A stretch of DNA of 64,000 nucleotides. It comes from an uncultured bacterium. Lineage in GTDB: Bacteria; Verrucomicrobiota; Verrucomicrobiia; Limisphaerales; UBA8199. The position numbers were made by a program, and so were the translations under genes. Positions 60,899-64,000 of this stretch are shown here, piece after piece. The stretch covers positions 800,001 through 864,000 of the forward strand of contig CAVVMW010000021.1 in assembly GCA_963749495.1 (NCBI GenBank), written 5' to 3'. A model generated the notes under the pieces. That model saw only the letters and a list, made by a program, of their open reading frames with translations, had not been told where the DNA came from and ran no database searches. Each line of letters starts with the position of its first letter. The stretch's first letter is position 1.

Positions 60899-61949
60899 TC
60901 AAGGTCGTATTTCGGGGGAAAGCAGACAGTGCGCCACCCTGATGATGGCCTCCCTGTTGCCGCGAAAGGCCCAAATCTGTGTCGTGTCTTCACACTGCCG
61001 TGGACCGCTTGCTCCGCCGACCGCAGGAATGTGGTACTCGAGTTCGTTGAAAGAGCCGAGCTCGTTGTGGATGTTGCAGGCCTGGGTCGAGTAGCCGCGA
61101 TCCTCGGGCTCAGTCCAGGGCACATCGACATACTCGCCGGAAGGATTTACGGCAAAGTTGCGGACAATGAGCGACCATTGGCTGCCTTGCGCGAAGAGGT
61201 AACCGACGCGGCCGGTCGTGGCGACCGCCCGGAGGCTGAGTTTGTGCGCGCCCGCCTGGCGCATGCGGTAACGGAACAGATGGTCAGTCCCCGCCAGATC
61301 GCCGGACGGGATTGACCCGAATACGATCTTTGGGCTCGTCTTGAAGTAAGTCGGCACGAGCAACTCGCCAGGATGCGGCATTTGGACCAAATTCCACAGC
61401 CCAACCTGGCCGGGCCTGCTCCGAGGGCCCACGATGGCCAGCGAAGTTCGCTGGGTATAACCCGCAGTACTCAAGGCCGGCGAGATTCAAGCCGCGCTCG
61501 TAGCGGAGAGGATTGGGGGCGGGCGCGAATGACTTGGCGAGCGCCAGTTCGAGTTCCCTCTGGGAGCGCGAAAGCCGGAGCGTAAAGCGGCTTGCCAGGC
61601 GCAGGCCGGCCCCAGCCTTCTGGGCTTCGAAGCTGCCGGGATCGAGTTGGCGCGGTTGAAAGTACTTGGTCAGGTCGGGAAAGTCGGGGAGGAAGACGTC
61701 CACCTCGGGCGCCAGCCAAGTGCGGTCGCCGCCGGAGTTGTGCCAGGAGGCACTCGCATAAAAAGCCCGCGCGGACTCAGGGGCGGCCAGCGCCGGGTTC
61801 GTCCAATAAAAGTTCTCCTCGCTGTTTGGGGCAAACAGGCCGAGCACACGGCCGCCATGGGGCAGCACGAGCAAGCGTGTGCCGTCCGGACTTTTGTAGA
61901 TCCTGGCAGGCTTGCCCGCCTGCTTTAACACGTTGACGAGCGTTTGCAC
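60899..61949 (-). CDS. Conserved hypothetical (DUF6786-like) protein; frameshift near 61470
   Basis: GGRVLG, NSGGDRTWLAPE in first ORF; VGLW, FNELEYH in second; one-base removal joins LEYAGYTQ. Confidence 0.7.
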
Positions 61950-61981
61950 ATCGCGCCTTTCGTTTTGGACGCCGCTTCAGT

Positions 61982-63022
61982 TTAGGTTTTGGCGAGAGAA
62001 TTGCCGATGGCCATGATGATCGCAGCCACGATTAAGAGGGCGATCGCCAGGCACATCCGCACCCGGGGCAGGCCGCGGACGCCCCGCCACTCGCCGCTGG
62101 CGAAACCGACGCACTGTCCGCCCAGCATCTGGGAGGCCTGCTGAATGCCAAATCCCACCGAGGCGCCCAAGGCCCCTACCATCAGCATCCCGTTGCCCAT
62201 CAGCGCCACGCCGGCCGTGAGGTTCAGCCCGATGATCGCCGCCAGCAACAGCTCTCTCCGACTCCCGGCCAACACGCCCCAGGACCTCTTCCTGGTCATG
62301 AGATAGGCTGGGTAGATAACGTTCATCAACGAACCGCCGAGCAGGCAGACGGCCCAGACGGCGAACGTCGCCGGGACGTCACTGGCGCCGTGCTTTTTCA
62401 TGGCGTCAACGATGGGTCCCTGCCCATAGACGAAGGCGAGGCTCATCCCGCAGGAGAGGACCCCCGCAATAATGGTCATGACCAGGCCCCCGAGAAAGCT
62501 TCCCGCCTGCTGCGCCTGCTTTTGGAGGACTCGGTCCCGCCCAAAACCGGCGCAGGCGGCCAGGATCACCCCGACGAGCATTATGCCGACGCCCGCCAGC
62601 ACGGTGAGCCCGGCCGGTGATGAGATGTTCGCAGCCCCTTGGAAAAGGCCGGAGCCTTTCACGATCATGGGCAGCGTCACGCCAATCGAAACTCCCAGGC
62701 CGGTCAGAATCGCGCCGGTGAGCGCCATGCCAATCCGCACGAAGCACAGGCCGCACAAGATGTTCGCCACGCCCCAGCCGGCGGACCAGAGGTTGGCAAT
62801 GACCAGGGTCTTCACCGGCACGCTGGCATAAGCGGAAAAAGGCCCTGGGCAAAAGAGGACCGTCACCAGCCAAGGCATGACTAGCAAGCCGGTCAACATG
62901 CCGATAAACCACCAGTGCTCGAACTGGTACGTCTTCATCAGCTTCATGGGCCAGGCGCCGCCACCGACGATGAGACCCGCCAAGGCCACTGCGAGGATGC
63001 CGAGGATTTGTTGGGGTGACAT
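61982..63022 (-). CDS. L-rhamnose/proton symporter (RhaT)-family transporter
   Basis: PMKLMKTYQFEHWW, GWGVAN, GEWRG; about 10 hydrophobic segments. Confidence 0.85.
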   Translation of the reverse strand: MSPQQILGILAVALAGLIVGGGAWPMKLMKTYQFEHWWFIGMLTGLLVMPWLVTVLFCPGPFSAYASVPVKTLVIANLWSAGWGVANILCGLCFVRIGMALTGAILTGLGVSIGVTLPMIVKGSGLFQGAANISSPAGLTVLAGVGIMLVGVILAACAGFGRDRVLQKQAQQAGSFLGGLVMTIIAGVLSCGMSLAFVYGQGPIVDAMKKHGASDVPATFAVWAVCLLGGSLMNVIYPAYLMTRKRSWGVLAGSRRELLLAAIIGLNLTAGVALMGNGMLMVGALGASVGFGIQQASQMLGGQCVGFASGEWRGVRGLPRVRMCLAIALLIVAAIIMAIGNSLAKT

Positions 63023-63057
63023 GATCTTGAGATTGGGAGGGCGTAACCTTGAGCGGG

Positions 63058-63900
63058 TTAGGCTCCAGGCACGTAGCCCAGACCGAACCGGGCGCTGGAA
63101 ACGCTCCGGAAATCCGAGATGAGCGACATCAAGGCCGTGGTGCCGCCGTCCGCGATGATGGTTTGGCCCACGATGAACGCGGCGTCCTCGGAGCAGAGGA
63201 AGATGGCGAGTTTGGCGATGTCGGATTTTTTGCCGGAGCGCCCCAGCGGCACTTTTTCGTGAGCTGCCTTGGCCGCCTCGGCGTCGTTGAAGCCAGGGAT
63301 GACTTTGTAATAATTCTCCACCGTGACCCACCCTGGGGCAATGGCGTTGACGCGGATGCCCTTGTGGGCCAGTTCGACCGCCAGAGCGCGAGTATGAGCA
63401 ATGATGGCGCCCTTGGAGCCCGCATAGACGGAGTGCTCCGGCGCCCCGGACACACCGTGGATCGAGGTGAGGTTGCACACCGCGCCCCCGCCGTGCAGCA
63501 GCATGTCCTGGACGATGCGCTGCGTCAGGAAGAACTGGGCGCGGATATTCACGTGGTAAATCCGGTCGAACTGCTCCGGCCGCACCTCCAAGAACGGCTT
63601 GTTGAAGGTGATGCCGGAATTGTTGATGAGGCAGTCGATGCCACCAAGAAACGCCACTGCCTGCTCGCCCAGCTTTATCGCCTCGTCCACGCGGTCGAAA
63701 TCGGCCCGGTACGCTTCCGACCGCCGCCCAAGCGCCCGGATTTCCGCCACGGCGGCACGGGCGCCCTCGCGATCATGGGCGTAGTGGACCACGACGTCCG
63801 CCCCTTGCCGCGCAAATTCCAGCGCGATCTCTCGTCCGAGGCCGGTGCCGGACCCGGTGACCAGCGCGCGCTTGCCGGCCATTTTCAATTCAACGCTCAT
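63058..63900 (-). CDS. SDR oxidoreductase
   Basis: TGSGTGLG, NNSG, YAGSK. Confidence 0.92.
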   Translation of the reverse strand: MSVELKMAGKRALVTGSGTGLGREIALEFARQGADVVVHYAHDREGARAAVAEIRALGRRSEAYRADFDRVDEAIKLGEQAVAFLGGIDCLINNSGITFNKPFLEVRPEQFDRIYHVNIRAQFFLTQRIVQDMLLHGGGAVCNLTSIHGVSGAPEHSVYAGSKGAIIAHTRALAVELAHKGIRVNAIAPGWVTVENYYKVIPGFNDAEAAKAAHEKVPLGRSGKKSDIAKLAIFLCSEDAAFIVGQTIIADGGTTALMSLISDFRSVSSARFGLGYVPGA

Positions 63901-63933
63901 AGCTTGAGTTCTTTGGAATGACACCCTGCGAGA

Positions 63934-64000
63934 TTACCGCATCCACCAATAAGCGGCGATGGTAATCACGCTGAGGATGGCCAGGTGGAGACGCCAATCG
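63934..64000 (-). CDS. C-terminus of a membrane protein (possibly sodium:solute symporter), truncated by window edge
   Basis: DWRLHLAILSVITIAAYWWMR*. Confidence 0.45.
   Translation of the reverse strand, partial: DWRLHLAILSVITIAAYWWMR

Noticed and set aside
16310..61480. Programmed frameshifting or true pseudogenes at ~16320, ~27790, ~38005, ~40385, ~55200, ~61470
   Set aside because: Each is a 1-2 nt insertion, mostly in short runs, in an otherwise intact gene; sequencing error is more parsimonious until reads are checked

Overview
GC-rich bacterial window. The gene content (DUF1559-like prepilin/H-X9-DG protein, lamin-tail/CotH/LamG secreted proteins, many glycoside hydrolases) suggests Verrucomicrobia, or the PVC superphylum more broadly (inference). 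Most of it is sugar catabolism: class II aldolase, GH38, GH28-like, GH36 remnant, two PDH-like E1 clusters, SDRs, a UxaE-like epimerase, a transaldolase-like gene and an RhaT-like transporter. Three things stand out. (1) A more AT-rich island at about 24.1-32.4 kb ends at a tRNA-fMet 3' fragment with arm-type repeats and a dead excisionase. It carries an apparent operon: unknown ORF, QatC-like QueC enzyme, XRE-ImmA/IrrE peptidase, PIN protein and a truncated ORF resembling a long prokaryotic Argonaute N-terminus. A translationally coupled HEPN-motif protein plus trypsin-like protease follows. This is the best candidate for an undescribed defence system. (2) A tRNA-Gly-derived 215-bp direct repeat at 0.7-2.7 kb brackets a nucleotidyltransferase two-gene module, next to an integrase remnant and an AAA ATPase. 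(3) There are many MITE/REP composite elements, one inserted in frame into a signal peptide. Several genes carry 1-2 nt frameshifts (probably sequencing errors) or apparent large internal deletions. No CRISPR array, rRNA or complete tRNA was seen. All family calls come from motif recognition, not database searches.
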